From positions 558,001 through 622,000 of the forward strand of contig NW_020844837.1 of the NCBI RefSeq assembly GCF_003704095.1: a DNA stretch of 64,000 nt, read 5' to 3'. The position numbers and the translations under genes were made by a program. This document shows, piece after piece, positions 1-12,070 of the stretch. The notes under the pieces are model-generated. The model worked only from the letters and a program-made list of their open reading frames with translations, searched no databases and was not told the origin of the DNA. Each line of letters opens with the position of its first letter. Within the stretch, counting starts at the first letter, position 1. The stretch comes from Pocillopora damicornis. Lineage: Eukaryota.

Positions 1-83
1 CATTTACTATTTTCGCTGACAGTTAACGCCGTTGGTGCTTTGACAACATCTGCCAGCTGATTCATCCCATTGTCAACTGACAT
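1..83 (-). other. Possible first coding exon of a gene divergent from GNB1L that runs off the window (MSVDNGMNQLADVVKAPTALTVSENSK...)
   Basis: ATG at 83-81 with an open frame to the window edge, about 370 bp from the GNB1L ATG. No homology recognised. Confidence 0.3.
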
Positions 84-456
84 GACTGCGTCTGACGCGT
101 AAGTTGCAAATCAATTCGAAATTAGATTCGTGTGACTTTATACCGTTCATTGCATGTCACGCGACCTTCGATTCAAAAGCCAGGCATTAAAATTGGACGT
201 TAAAACCTTAATTCCATAAAAAGACCCATTAAACATTACTTCTTGCAAAACCGAAAGGGAAAAAATGGTAGTCTAATCTGTTCGTTTACTATCTCAAAAG
301 TCTGCGGCCATTTTAATTGAGCCGAAAGTCCATGGACCAGTGGTGTAGGCAACTAGTTCCATTCTCCTTCGTATTGTCAAGTAACGCCTTGTAAAAAGGA
401 AGCAATTCAAGAAAGAAAGAAACCGCGAAGTGGAAGCATGAAGGCATGCAACCATC

Positions 457-3400
457 ATGGAAAATAGAAGCCCTCCGGACCCATTGTATGTTCTGCGCGG
501 TACAGAAGCAGCCTTAAATGTCGTCAAGTTTGCTCCAAAGTCTGTTAGGGAAGAAGGACTTCTACTTTCTGGGTACGGTTTGTGAACATTGAACGAAGTC
601 AACACTAGTGTGATTTTTTGATCACAGTTATGTTTGAAACAGTCATCCTCCATGATGCAACTGAATCACCGGAACAACCTCCATCGTTTCTGATTGTGCT
701 TTGCTTACATTTGCAGGTGTAATAATCAAACTCACTTTTTCCTTAGCCCTCTTCACCCCTCCCCTTGGAAAAATGACCATCAAGAGATATGATTACATAG
801 CTGGAATACTGTGATATCTAAGTTTACCCTTGATTTTGCAGGTCTGCTAAAGGAATTATTAGTTTGTGGAATCTTAAAACAAAAAGATCAGAGATAATAT
901 TAGATGGTCATGATGGACATGCCATCCTTGCTGCCGATTTTCACCCTTGTGGGAATGTGATAAGGTACCATATGCTTACCACATCCATGCAAATAAACTT
1001 CATAATTCAACTTTCAAGGGAAAAATAATCACTCCTTGGTTATAACTTGTTGAATTGTCTTTCCTTTAACTCTTCACACCTTAGTATGAATTTGTATAAT
1101 CTCTATACTGTTCTCCTTACATTTCATAAAGTGCTGATGAGGAAAATTTCCTAAAAATTGAAAGCTTCCTTAGTATGTGATCATTTCCTCTATTCTCATG
1201 ACCTCAATGTTTGAATTAAGGGTGATATTATATTAGAGAAATTAGATGCTAGTCACTCTTAGTGGTTAAAAGGTTAATTAAAAAAAAATTAAGATACTTT
1301 GGCTGTAACAGTTGTTGATCTAATTATTAGGGGTAGTGAGTATAGTTGTTACATTTCATTCTCAAAAAATTTCTATCAAAGTTGATTCTAAAATCATAAC
1401 TATAATAATCACTTTAACCATTTGGTGAATATTTCCATAAGATAACTTATTTTTTGTCAAATTATTTTTATTGTTTTAGTCATGGCAGGGATGGGTATTT
1501 ACGAATATGGCAGTGTTCTGAAGGAAGAAAAGAGGTGGTCAACAGTATCACAGCTCCTTTTCTTGGATTTTGTCAGTTTTGTGTTTTGTTAAGAGGTGAT
1601 GTAAAAAGCTAGTTATCACTCTCACTCATGCCTTTTATGCCTCAGTGGCATGTAGGGCAGTAACATGCTTCCTCCCCATCTGTCGGTTTTTTGCCATGAG
1701 CTTGATACCTCCTCATCTCCTTAATTTCTTTCTCTACTGTTGGCAAGTTGTAAAAAGCTAGCTATACTTGTGTTTATAATTGTTATCTTCCCCTTCAAAC
1801 CCTGCCACCGATTGGCTGTTTCAACTGCTGCGGTACCCACCTGTGTCCCTCTGTGTGCCCCTATCTTCAGTGACCATCTGTTCTCCATCCATAACATATA
1901 AGGTAACATTGATAGGAACTAAAAAGATCAAAGCTATTTCATAAATTTACATTTACAGGATACAAGTCCCATTGGATTGGTCTGCCATCAGCCAGTAATT
2001 CCCAGGTAATAAAGACCACACTTATTGTCTTCTTTATTGGTAGGTTGGTTATCATGGTTAAGCTCTCATTCTTGGCCCTTCATAGTCTTACATTAATATC
2101 CACACTCTCTATGCTGTTCTCTATATATTTGCTAAGATCTTAGTAGGAGAATTCTTCTTATGATAAAGAGCTCCTTTAGTTGGGGATCACTTCCTTCATT
2201 TTTGTGACTTTAATATGTGATTTGGGGGTGATATTGTAAGGTGAAATTAGTTGCAAGGGTTTTTTTTTTTTGTTTTGTTTTGTTTTTTTTGGCAAGGGTT
2301 AATTATCATTTTTTATGGTTTTGGTTGTTGCTCGCCAATCTTATTTGATGTAAGTGTGAGAATTCATAAATGAGTTTTAAAAGTTTATACTGGGTGTATT
2401 GACAAGAGAAATGAAAGATGTGAGGGTAATGATAGTCTCTATGCTAACAAATTGAGTTTGTTTTTTATTTCTTCTTTAATGCTGATCATAGGTTAATATT
2501 CATGATCTGGAGTCAAAAGAAATCTTGTTTGCTCTAAAACCTGACAATGGAAAATCACTTGGTAAGTTGTGCATTGCATGAATTATTTTGTTAGTTTGTG
2601 ATCAATACATACAGTCAAATGTTCCTATCAAGCAACCAGGCAACAAGTTAGTCTATAGTTTTCTCATTATTAACAATTATTCATCAAAGTGGAGGTGAAT
2701 AATGGTGGATATTTACTGAGCCGCAAAGCAGAGAGGTAAATATCCACCACTTCCAATGACACTTAGGTGAATAATTGTTTTAGTATATACCACACAGATA
2801 CAAAAAAAACAGTTGATTTCTTTAAATGTACAGAGAAATGCTGGTAGGAAATAAAACTCAACTCACAATTTTGTCTTATCTGCTGCTCCGAGGTGACTAG
2901 TACTTGCTATTCACTTCCAAAAAGGGTGAAAAGCACCATTCACCTGTGTAGTAAATACTAATTTTTTTTATGAACTGAGATGATAATGTAAATTGGCCAT
3001 TGTGGAGAGCTTCTGAGGCTGACATTTCCAGCTATAGCCCTTTGTCTGTCTCTATGACAAAGGGCTAATGCTCAAAATGCGCAAATTTACATTTCATTAA
3101 TCAACTGCAGAATTGTCTTATAATATCCCCTGGCAGTAAATGTGTCTATTTAATAGGTAACCACTTGCTTACTGTTATAAAACTTTTCTTTTTCTCCTCT
3201 CAGGGATGTGCATGTGTATCTCCTTGATCTCTGATCCAGCAACAGACAAGCCCTTCTTGATCGCAGGTTATGAAAGTGGTCAGCTTGTGCTCTGGGATGT
3301 TATGGCTGGAAAAATCTTGAGTAGAAATCCAACTCACACTGAGTCAGGTTAATCATCAATCTTTGGTAGTTTTGCACATTTACGAACATGCAACTATTGT

Positions 3401-4935
3401 GGAGTTTCAAGTTTGTGCGTCCAAATCCTTGAAAATATGAACCCTTTGCTCCCTAACATGGGTATGCATATTCTCAATACTGTTTTTTTATAGATTTCCT
3501 AAGCTGCTGACAAGGAGAATTTGTTTAACAATCAAAAGTTTCTTTAGTTGTTGATCATTTCCTTAATTCCCATCACTTTCTTACGTGATTCTGGAATAAT
3601 AAAGTTAAGGCAGTAAAAGCCATCAACCCTTTAACTCTCATGAGTGACCAAGACAGAATTTCTCCATACAATATCGATACAATATCCAGCAGACAAGTAA
3701 AGAGAATAAAGACAATCAATAAGGGGATTATGAGTTGATCCTTTAACAAATTCTCAGATCTAACATCATAAGAATTGTATGACAGACAGTAAGGAAAATT
3801 ACTAAATGAGATCTTGGGAGTAAAAGGGTTCAGTTTGACTTGTCTCTCTTCTAATGGCTTGACTCAAACCCATAACTTGAAGCCTTTACTTGCTGGATAG
3901 GTAAAAACTTATTTATTTCCTTCAACATGTTTGTATTTACTTTTAGTTCTCTGCATGGATGTAGACAAAGAGGACCTCAGAATAGTGTCTGGCTCGGCGG
4001 GTAGTAAGCTGTGTGTGTCATCAGTAACACCTCAGGTATGTGCAGGGTCTTGTTAGAATTGTTTCACTTACTGCTGCAGACATGATACCGTCCATATATT
4101 CTCTCTAGCACAGCATAACAGTGGAAAAAGAAATTGAACTGAAAAACCCAGGCATTGCTTCAGTCAAAATCAGGAAAGATCGTAAAATACTGGCCACTGG
4201 TGGATGGGATGGCAGGTAAAGTTGTGGGCCATTTATCAACCATTTAACATTAATTCTCATAAACTTTATGTTTGTTTCAGGGTTGATACTGTAAGGAGAA
4301 ATTAGATGTTGTTATAGCAGTGCATATTGTCGTGAACAATTACATAGATAAGTTGAATTTCATCCTCGCAATTTTGACTTCACAATCTTGTTCTACTAAT
4401 ATTCAAATTTATTCCTTTTTACAACCAGAAGTGATTAACATGTAACTTCTTTCTACAATATCTATACATTACCCAGCAAATGGGTTATGAGAATACTCAG
4501 ATTTGTCTGGTAGTTGTTACCTTGATCTTACACCAAATTCTCTTTACTGATGTACAAGGGAATGTGTAGCAGCAAGAGGGGAGTATTGATAGTCCGATCT
4601 TGGGAGTTAAAGGGTTGATAACGATAATTCTTTAGATTTTTTTAACGGTAACGATATTGAAATTTATATTGATGCCACCAATAAATATTGTAACGATATC
4701 TATAATCCTAATGTTTGTGGTGGGGACAACGATTATTGAAATAGTGATTTTATATATCTACAGGATAAGAATATACAGCTGGAAAACACTCAAACCATTG
4801 GCTTACCTTAGTTATCATACACAAACTATAAACACGGTGGATTTCTCAGAAGATCTGTGTGACCACGGACAGCTCTTGGCTGCCGGTGGAAAAGATTCCA
4901 GAATTAGTCTGTGGTCTTTGTACAATGAAAAATAG
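457..4935 (+). CDS. GNB1L: WD40-repeat protein GNB1L. 9 exons: 457-572, 842-964, 1480-1595, 1959-2005, 2492-2561, 3204-3347, 3947-4035, 4109-4215, 4764-4935. 327 aa.
   Basis: All junctions are GT-AG and phase-consistent (984 nt). Recognisable segments: MENRSPPDPLYVLRG, SHGRDGYLRIW, GMCMC...[63 protein letters not shown]. Confidence 0.9.
1066..1277. mobile_element. ~200-bp MITE with TTAACCCTTTAAC...GTTAAAGGGTTAA-type ends (piggyBac-like)
   Basis: Degenerate terminal inverted repeats bounded by TTAA. Related copies at about 2090-2260, 3623-3832, 4411-4618, 19133-19320, 25171-25380 and 44197-44381. Confidence 0.65.
2671..2960. repeat. Multi-hairpin non-autonomous element in GNB1L intron 5
   Basis: Inverted pairs AACAATTATTCA/TGAATAATTGTT, GGTGGATATTTAC/GTAAATATCCACC and TAGTATATACCACACAG/CTGTGTAGTAAATACTA. 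Confidence 0.6.
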
Positions 4936-7643
4936 TTTCTGAACGGTCAGAAATTCTTCCTCACGATGGGAGTCGCAAGGGAAATTCGTCTTTGCTAATC
5001 TCCTCCATCACGCATTTCAAACAACTGGAAAATGAGCTTTTGAAATTCTGAACAGTGAAACTACATGGCCCTCCAGAGAACTCTATTTAGACTTTCAAAC
5101 TTTTGTGGGGCTTTGTGAATCGTTGTGAGCTAATTTAGTTTAATCAACTGAGTTGTTCGATGTTATAAATTGACCGCCGTGGAGAATTTTTAAAACTGAC
5201 GTTTCGAGTATTACTCTTTCGTCAGAGCAAATGTGCGTTGTTGGTCGAGGACGAGAACAGGTACTATGGATATCATGGAACTGCAATATTAAATAAAACC
5301 ATGGTTTTGAAATGGAAACGGTGTTGTTGAGTTGTTTTTAGCTCTGATAATGTTGAGCGAATTGGTTCTTGATATTTTCCAATCAGATCAATATTTTTAA
5401 CGTTACTCCTTGTTATTTATTGCTCCTATTTGTTGACGTTCAACGTCTCAATCTTAATGTTGTAGCTAAGATTGGTTATTTTATCTCACATAATGTTCCT
5501 GAAAGGAATAACGAGACTAACTGAAAACGTTTAACTAGATGAGCCTTTTTAAAGCAAATTGAAAGCATTTTCAAGGAAACTTACTCGACCGTTCGGTAAG
5601 TAACGTAACACATCATAGAGTTGCCCTGAGCAAGGAAAGCTTTTGTTCAATGGACAAATGAACAGGCTAAAGAAAACCACCAGGCTTTTTGGAACTGAGT
5701 ATCGATGGGTCCAGCCTTTCCTCTCCTTTCAGACCCCTCAGTCTCGTTTTTCTCTTGCTCGTCCCGCCTTTTCACTCATCTCCAGCAACTGAATGCCCAA
5801 ACTGAAACAGGCTAGAACTAGTACTTCTTTTAATTTGGCTTCATTAGTCTCAAAATGTATCGATCGGCTAAGGTGTTCGATTGTATTTGACTCACTATAA
5901 GAATTAACAGTTCTCCCATGACACTAAAATCAGTACAAAATCTACTTGCGTTTATCACTAACAAATGACAGCAAAGAAAATTGGCTCCAATGTGGCATGA
6001 ACAGAAGAGAAAGGTGATCCGAAAATACTTTGTCATCTGCCTGATTTTACAAGTTTTCTTTTTTTTTAACTCTCTGCACTTTCTTGATATTATACTCCTG
6101 AGAATTTTTAAATAGAACTGTGATATTGTTTGTACAACCATATTGTTCAACCAAGATGGTTGAACAATATTCGTTAATTGGTTGTCACAGTTGCATGAAA
6201 CAGAGATAACAAGACGCGATGGACGAGACTTATGCACAGTGTGGTCTGTTTTAAAATTCGCCAGCTCAGGATCGGTTTCGTGTAAAATTAAGAGCAGAAA
6301 CTAAGTGCAAGGCAATACTAATGAGTGACCTTTATAGAGATCGCTGACTGAAAAGATATCCACTTGTTTGATATTGTTATTGAAGAGGTTGTTATATTTT
6401 TTGACTGGGCAATTACTGAAGAGGAAGACAAAAATAAATTTGAGTCTCTCGAAAAGTATTATACGAAATTTGTACCTAATGAAATTGTAAACCACATTAC
6501 GCGCGGTTGCCATGTCAGCCAATCGCTTGATCAGTTTCCTAGCTCCACTGTAATTTCCTACAAAGCTATGAATTAGGAAGAATTGACAGTTTTGATGTTT
6601 TTTTCAATTTGTTATATTAGGAGGGTTCTTTTTCCCTTTTATCTGCTCTCGAGTGGCTCTGCACGTTAAGCGCGTCCTCGTATATTTTTGTGTCTCCAGT
6701 GGTCGAAGTTATCCATAAGATTCAGTCAAAGAGCATGCGACGGTAGCTAAGGCCAAAGTAACGTAAAGATCAATCAATTCTAGTGCAGTATTTTGATTTT
6801 CCACTGGAAAAAATATTCGTTGAAGAACCTCGCGAATCTTCGCACTTTTAAGATTAAAGGCTTCGATAAATTTCTTCACCTTGAGTATTTGGCCTAAAAA
6901 ATCTGGTTAAGAATCGAAGAAAAAAATTACAACGATTTGGATGAAGGGATTCTCATTTACATGGCCGCGAGACATACTCTTATGATGCCGAAGGCTACCA
7001 GTTTCATAGTTCTTATCGCTATTCTGTATGTCTGAAAAAAAATAAGCATATAGGCTGCAGGGGTTGGGATAAATTCCCCATCAATTTTGGTCGCATTAAC
7101 AAATGAATAGTCTTGCGCAAATATTCAACCGTTTCACTCGGCGCTCGTTCGAACAAGTTTGGATCGAAGGCATACGATTAACAATAAAATGACTCATTTC
7201 TGTACTAGAAAAATTATACATAGTGTTCGGAACTCTCTATGTTGAGGTAAAACGATTAATTTTTTTGTTAAAATTTCGTTCTTAAACTTCATAAGTCATC
7301 GAGCTTCGGACACTTTGGAAATCGTGAAAGAAAAAAGGGAAAAAAATTAATATGGCAGCAGTTTATCATCTATACGCAAAATAAGAATCTGTTTCTGAAC
7401 AACCACCTTCTTTGTCGAAAATTTCTCATCATTTTATAATTCATCGTAATCTTTCCGATACAATTATTTAATTTGTTTTAGGTAATGGAAAGTTTTAAAT
7501 TTTGGATTGACAACAAATAGAAATATAACGTGGTCGGAGTTTAAATTAGCTGATACATGGCAAAAACTTTTTTTAATTTGTTAATATGAGTCTGACATAA
7601 TTATTATATATTTCAAGGTGAAGACTTTCTAAACCACACCGTA

Positions 7644-8882
7644 ATGGCCTTTCGCCGGAGAGTTCGACGAAACCTCATCCTCCTGCTAATATTCACTTTT
7701 ATATCTGTTGGTTTATTTTTCGCTTTACTCCAAACATCCCGAGACGTTGTCAAGAACAGAAACGTATTTCAGTCTGGGAGTACGTTTATTACAACATCAA
7801 ATCTAACGACAAATGAGGCTCCTTTGGAAATCAAAACAAGCTCAGTTAACGATTTGACAGAGAGGATGTTGCAGCACAAGGTGAAAAGTCGTCAAGTCTT
7901 GTTGGTTGTTGCCCACGGAAGATCTGGTTCTACATTTCTAGCTGATATTTTTGACAAGCATCCACGAGTCTTTTATATCTTCGAACCACTGCACGGGATT
8001 AGGAAAATGCAAGTCGGGGATTACGATACTTTTGCGACAAATTATCTTCAACAAATTTTTCAATGCAACTTCAGTATGGGTAATACAAGCAAAGAGATAG
8101 GTCGTTTTTTTCGTTTCTACAGCCGAGCATTGAGTTCACCCCCGTTTTGCAAATACAAGCAAGGAGATCCAAAATGGAGCCGAAAGTACTGTTCGCCTGT
8201 TACTCAAAAAAAGCTTGAACACACGTGTAAAGTGCAGCACAACACAGTCGTTTATAAGCTTCTTTTGGATAGAATCCCTGGCCAATCACTTGAGAGGCTT
8301 TTCCACGTGTGCGAAATGGCAGATGTTGAATGCAAAATTATTTATTTAATACGTGATATGCGACCAGTTGTAATGTCCTCTCAAAAAGTAGCCTTTTTTC
8401 GAGAGGTTGATCGGAAAACAAGACCATCCCTAAGACAGTTCGTTTATTCTTGCTGCGAAATGATTGAGAGGAATCTTTACCTGGTGAAAAAGTTTCCTCC
8501 ATCTCTTCGAAGTCGTGTGAGACTTGTGCGATATGAAGACTTAGCGGCCGAACCGCTGCAAGTTTTCGATTCTTTGTATCGATTCGCAGAACTCGAAATG
8601 CTAGAAAATATCAAACAATGGATCGTGAAAATAACACAGCCGAGTTTTGCGGATTTGAAAAAAGAGGAAAAACGCCCAGTTTCAATGATAAGGAACTCAC
8701 TGGAAGTTCTGAACAAGTGGCGACTTTTGGCAGATTCTTGTTTCGTGGATGTGATTGAGCGATATTGCCGTGATGCGATGAAATTGATGGGATATGTTGC
8801 AACAGATGGTTCGGTGGAAATGCTCCAAAATTCAACGATTCCACTATTTAACGAGAATTATACAGCGCAAAATTGGATATAG
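7644..8882 (+). CDS. Golgi type II membrane carbohydrate 6-O-sulfotransferase (CHST1/3/4/5-like), copy 1. Single coding exon, 412 aa.
   Basis: Basic N-tail plus TM helix; 5'-PSB motif VAHGRSGSTF; HPRVFYIFEPLH; 3'-PB-like IIYLIRDMR; VRYEDLA; NKWR; IERYC..MKLMGY. Splice acceptor at 7616-7617 just upstream of the ATG implies a 5'UTR intron. Confidence 0.9.
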   Translation: MAFRRRVRRNLILLLIFTFISVGLFFALLQTSRDVVKNRNVFQSGSTFITTSNLTTNEAPLEIKTSSVNDLTERMLQHKVKSRQVLLVVAHGRSGSTFLADIFDKHPRVFYIFEPLHGIRKMQVGDYDTFATNYLQQIFQCNFSMGNTSKEIGRFFRFYSRALSSPPFCKYKQGDPKWSRKYCSPVTQKKLEHTCKVQHNTVVYKLLLDRIPGQSLERLFHVCEMADVECKIIYLIRDMRPVVMSSQKVAFFREVDRKTRPSLRQFVYSCCEMIERNLYLVKKFPPSLRSRVRLVRYEDLAAEPLQVFDSLYRFAELEMLENIKQWIVKITQPSFADLKKEEKRPVSMIRNSLEVLNKWRLLADSCFVDVIERYCRDAMKLMGYVATDGSVEMLQNSTIPLFNENYTAQNWI

Positions 8883-11022
8883 CAATTGCAGTCCGCCGGC
8901 TGAGTGCGAACATAATTAGTATGTCTCCCCGTCGGCCTGTCCTTTCATCAAATTTTAGGTCAGACTGTTCGTCTCCACAGCTTTTCGTCCGTGCTTCTTT
9001 CTGCACATCTGAAATTTCCTTCCCACTTTCCAAATTGACTTAAGTGTTTTTTATAATTGAGCTATGGGCGCCCAAACCGAGCGAAATTTGATGTTTCAGC
9101 CCCTTTCGTGATGTTTTTAAAAAGGATTCTTTGGAATAAAAAATGTATCCCATAGTAATGATCAAACGATCCAATTTCTTGCTCAGCTAGAGAGAAGCCA
9201 TTTCTCCAATTAATTCTTTAGTTCTTTTATGGCCATGTTGAAAGAACTATCTTCACGGCGGGGAAAGAAGCCATTTCACGATGGGTGCTGTGATGTGATT
9301 GGTCGATTCAGAGTTGCATGCACGCACGGTTCTCTGTACGCAACTACACTGATTTGACACCAAACCAGCCAATGAAAAGCGTTAAATGCTATCAAGCTTT
9401 GATTTCTTCATAATAGACAAGTAAATATCTAACTTTAGGTTAGAGAAAATACACACAAGAATTACTTCATCACGTTGTTGTTGTAAACTGGGTCTGGATA
9501 TCCACACTTTGAAGTTCTAGATTCACTGTGAGTAAACGTGAAAGTAAAATTTAATTTATTCCTAGTCTATTGAAAAGTGACTTAAAATAGGCTTTACATA
9601 CTGTTAATTCAATGTGCTTGTTCGACCATCTGCTTCCAAAACACTATTTTAGCTAAGCCAACATTTATGTAGCTGCTTACCAAATAGCTGTCACATTTTA
9701 TCAAAATAGCGGTGCTTTTCTCTCAATTTCCTCAGTTGCAATATACATTTCAAATTACTCTTTTTCATGACTGTTCTCAGTGGTTGGGTTAAAAATATAT
9801 GCGGCTGGTCAGTTAGAGTGAAACTTTCCCTTGTCAAAAATGAACAGATTTTGGAATGTTTTCTTCAAAGGAGTACAGCTTGTACATTTGATTGAGATAT
9901 TTACTCAGTAAATGGAAAGCTTTTTGTATTATTCATTTGTATCATGTTTTTCTCTGATGTATCGATTGCATCTCTGAAACAAATTTATGCCATTAAAACG
10001 TCATGTGAAATAACACTGCGTTAACAATGAAATGTAGTGGGTGATAAAGACTATCGTTCACGGATTGTATGTTCCATCTATGGAAAAACCTGAGAAAAGT
10101 TATAACGACACTATTCTGACTGGTCTTGGATCGTTTTCAGTAAATTAACCCTAAGAGTGAACAATGGAAATCTAAGCCTGTCAACACGTACAGAACAATC
10201 AGCTGTTTTGTCAACGAGAAGAAATTACTAATTTCCTGCGGCGATGAGAGAAGTAGCATCTCCAACCGTGTGTTTATCACCTAGACAATCCATACATATT
10301 TGGTTCGTGAACATTCGGCTTTTTCTCAATTTTCCTCGCTGCTAAGGAAATTTCAAGCTCATTTTTTTTTTACGAACATCCGGAAATTTTCATTATACTT
10401 TTATTGAACCAATCACCTTATAAATCACAAGCTAGGTCTTCGCTAATGTTCAGTACTAACTCGATTATACTTTTCTTATCCCTAACACCTTGGCAATCTC
10501 AATCTCGGTGTTCTTCGCGAACGCTCGGCTAAGTCTTCGTGAATGTTCGGTATTTTCTCGATTTTACTTATCTTGGAGTAAACTAGCTCGGTTTTCTTCA
10601 TGAGCACTCGGCATTTCCTCGGGTATTTTCGGATTTTACTCGACTTCCCTCGTCAACCTGATCTTAATTATACCCATGAATTTCATGATTTCAGTTTCGT
10701 TTAACCACTTGGTTTCGCCGAAACTTGTCACGTCAATTCCACAAATCGGTTTGTGCTACGATAATTTTGAAATACACGTGTAAACTTGCTAAATTTATCC
10801 TAAGATGTTACAAACCTAGCTTGTGGAGCCTTATAATAATTACTAAAAAAAATTAAACTCAGGTAACCGACAAAATCTCTCAACTGATTTCTAAGAAAAT
10901 GTATTGCAGTTAGAAAGGAGAATTACCCAAGTGATCATTCAGGAGTTTCAGAGTGAGTTGACCATATTTGGAGTTCCCCGTAATCACGTGACCTTCAATG
11001 CCAAAAGGCCCACGCTGGTGAT

Positions 11023-11173
11023 CAGGGCCCAGGTGTTGAAAGGGCAGATAACACTATCCAATGGATAAATCGCTATCCAGCTGATAAGTGTTAAAAAAAA
11101 CGTACTGCGCATCCACCAGATAGAAATTTATCCAATAGATAGCGTTATCCATCTCTCGAACAACAGGGGCCAG
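11023..11173. mobile_element. Palindromic MITE between the two sulfotransferase genes
   Basis: CAGGGCCCAGGTGTTGAAAGGGCAGATAACACTATCCA ... ATAGCGTTATCCATCTCTCGAACAACAGGGGCCAG imperfect terminal repeats with internal TATCCA/TGGATA units. Confidence 0.65.
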
Positions 11174-12070
11174 ATCGATAGCAAATGAGGACAAATGTTA
11201 TTGCAGATGGTAACGCATTTTACTAAAGTGTTTTTTACTTCATTGATGCGAACTGAAAATTACCACCTGCAGTGTGGGAGAGTGGTACGTAAAACAGACC
11301 AAATAATAAATATATTGTGGCATTGGTGAAATTCTGTGGTCTTTGTTTGCAGTTTCATCTGAAATCTTTGTGATATGTTTTTGATTAGTTCTGTCAGGAG
11401 CCCATCACTTGGGCTCCTGGTTCTGTGCAATACAGAAAGATTGAAAACATACTTAATCTCTGGTGAAATAGTTTACAATTTGCTTAACATGTCAAATACA
11501 GCTATCGAAATAACAATCCAACTTAACAATCACGATTCGAGCAATAAAAAAACAACGCGTTTCGTCGCTCTCAGTATGCCTTTGTAACTCTTTTCGATGC
11601 AGTTATTTGCGTAATTTTGTTGTGTGTAGTTTAGAATAGCCTTCAAACTCTCCTTAACAAGTTTTTATCTAACGAAACGTTTTAATGTGAGCACATTGTT
11701 GTTGAAACTTCATTTACATTTATTTTGAACTTAGTTCCCTAAAAATATATTTTGAAGGAAATGTTCACTGTTTACATGCACAAACTAACCCAGTAACAGC
11801 GGAAGTTGGTGCTATTCACCGTGAAACTTCATATGACACACATATATAGTTATACGTTTATAACCTGCTGTTTTATTTGGGGATGAAACTATTGAAAACA
11901 AGAAGACATTAAAAATTTAGGTCGATCGATGCAAATTTGAAACGTTAACGATGCGGTATTTAATTCCAATTATATGAAGGCTAACAAGGTTCAGTCCTGT
12001 ATTTCTTAATTTCTTTTGTAGCTGTGGTGAAACATTTAAAGAGGTTCAGTTATCGGTGTTATCAACAACA

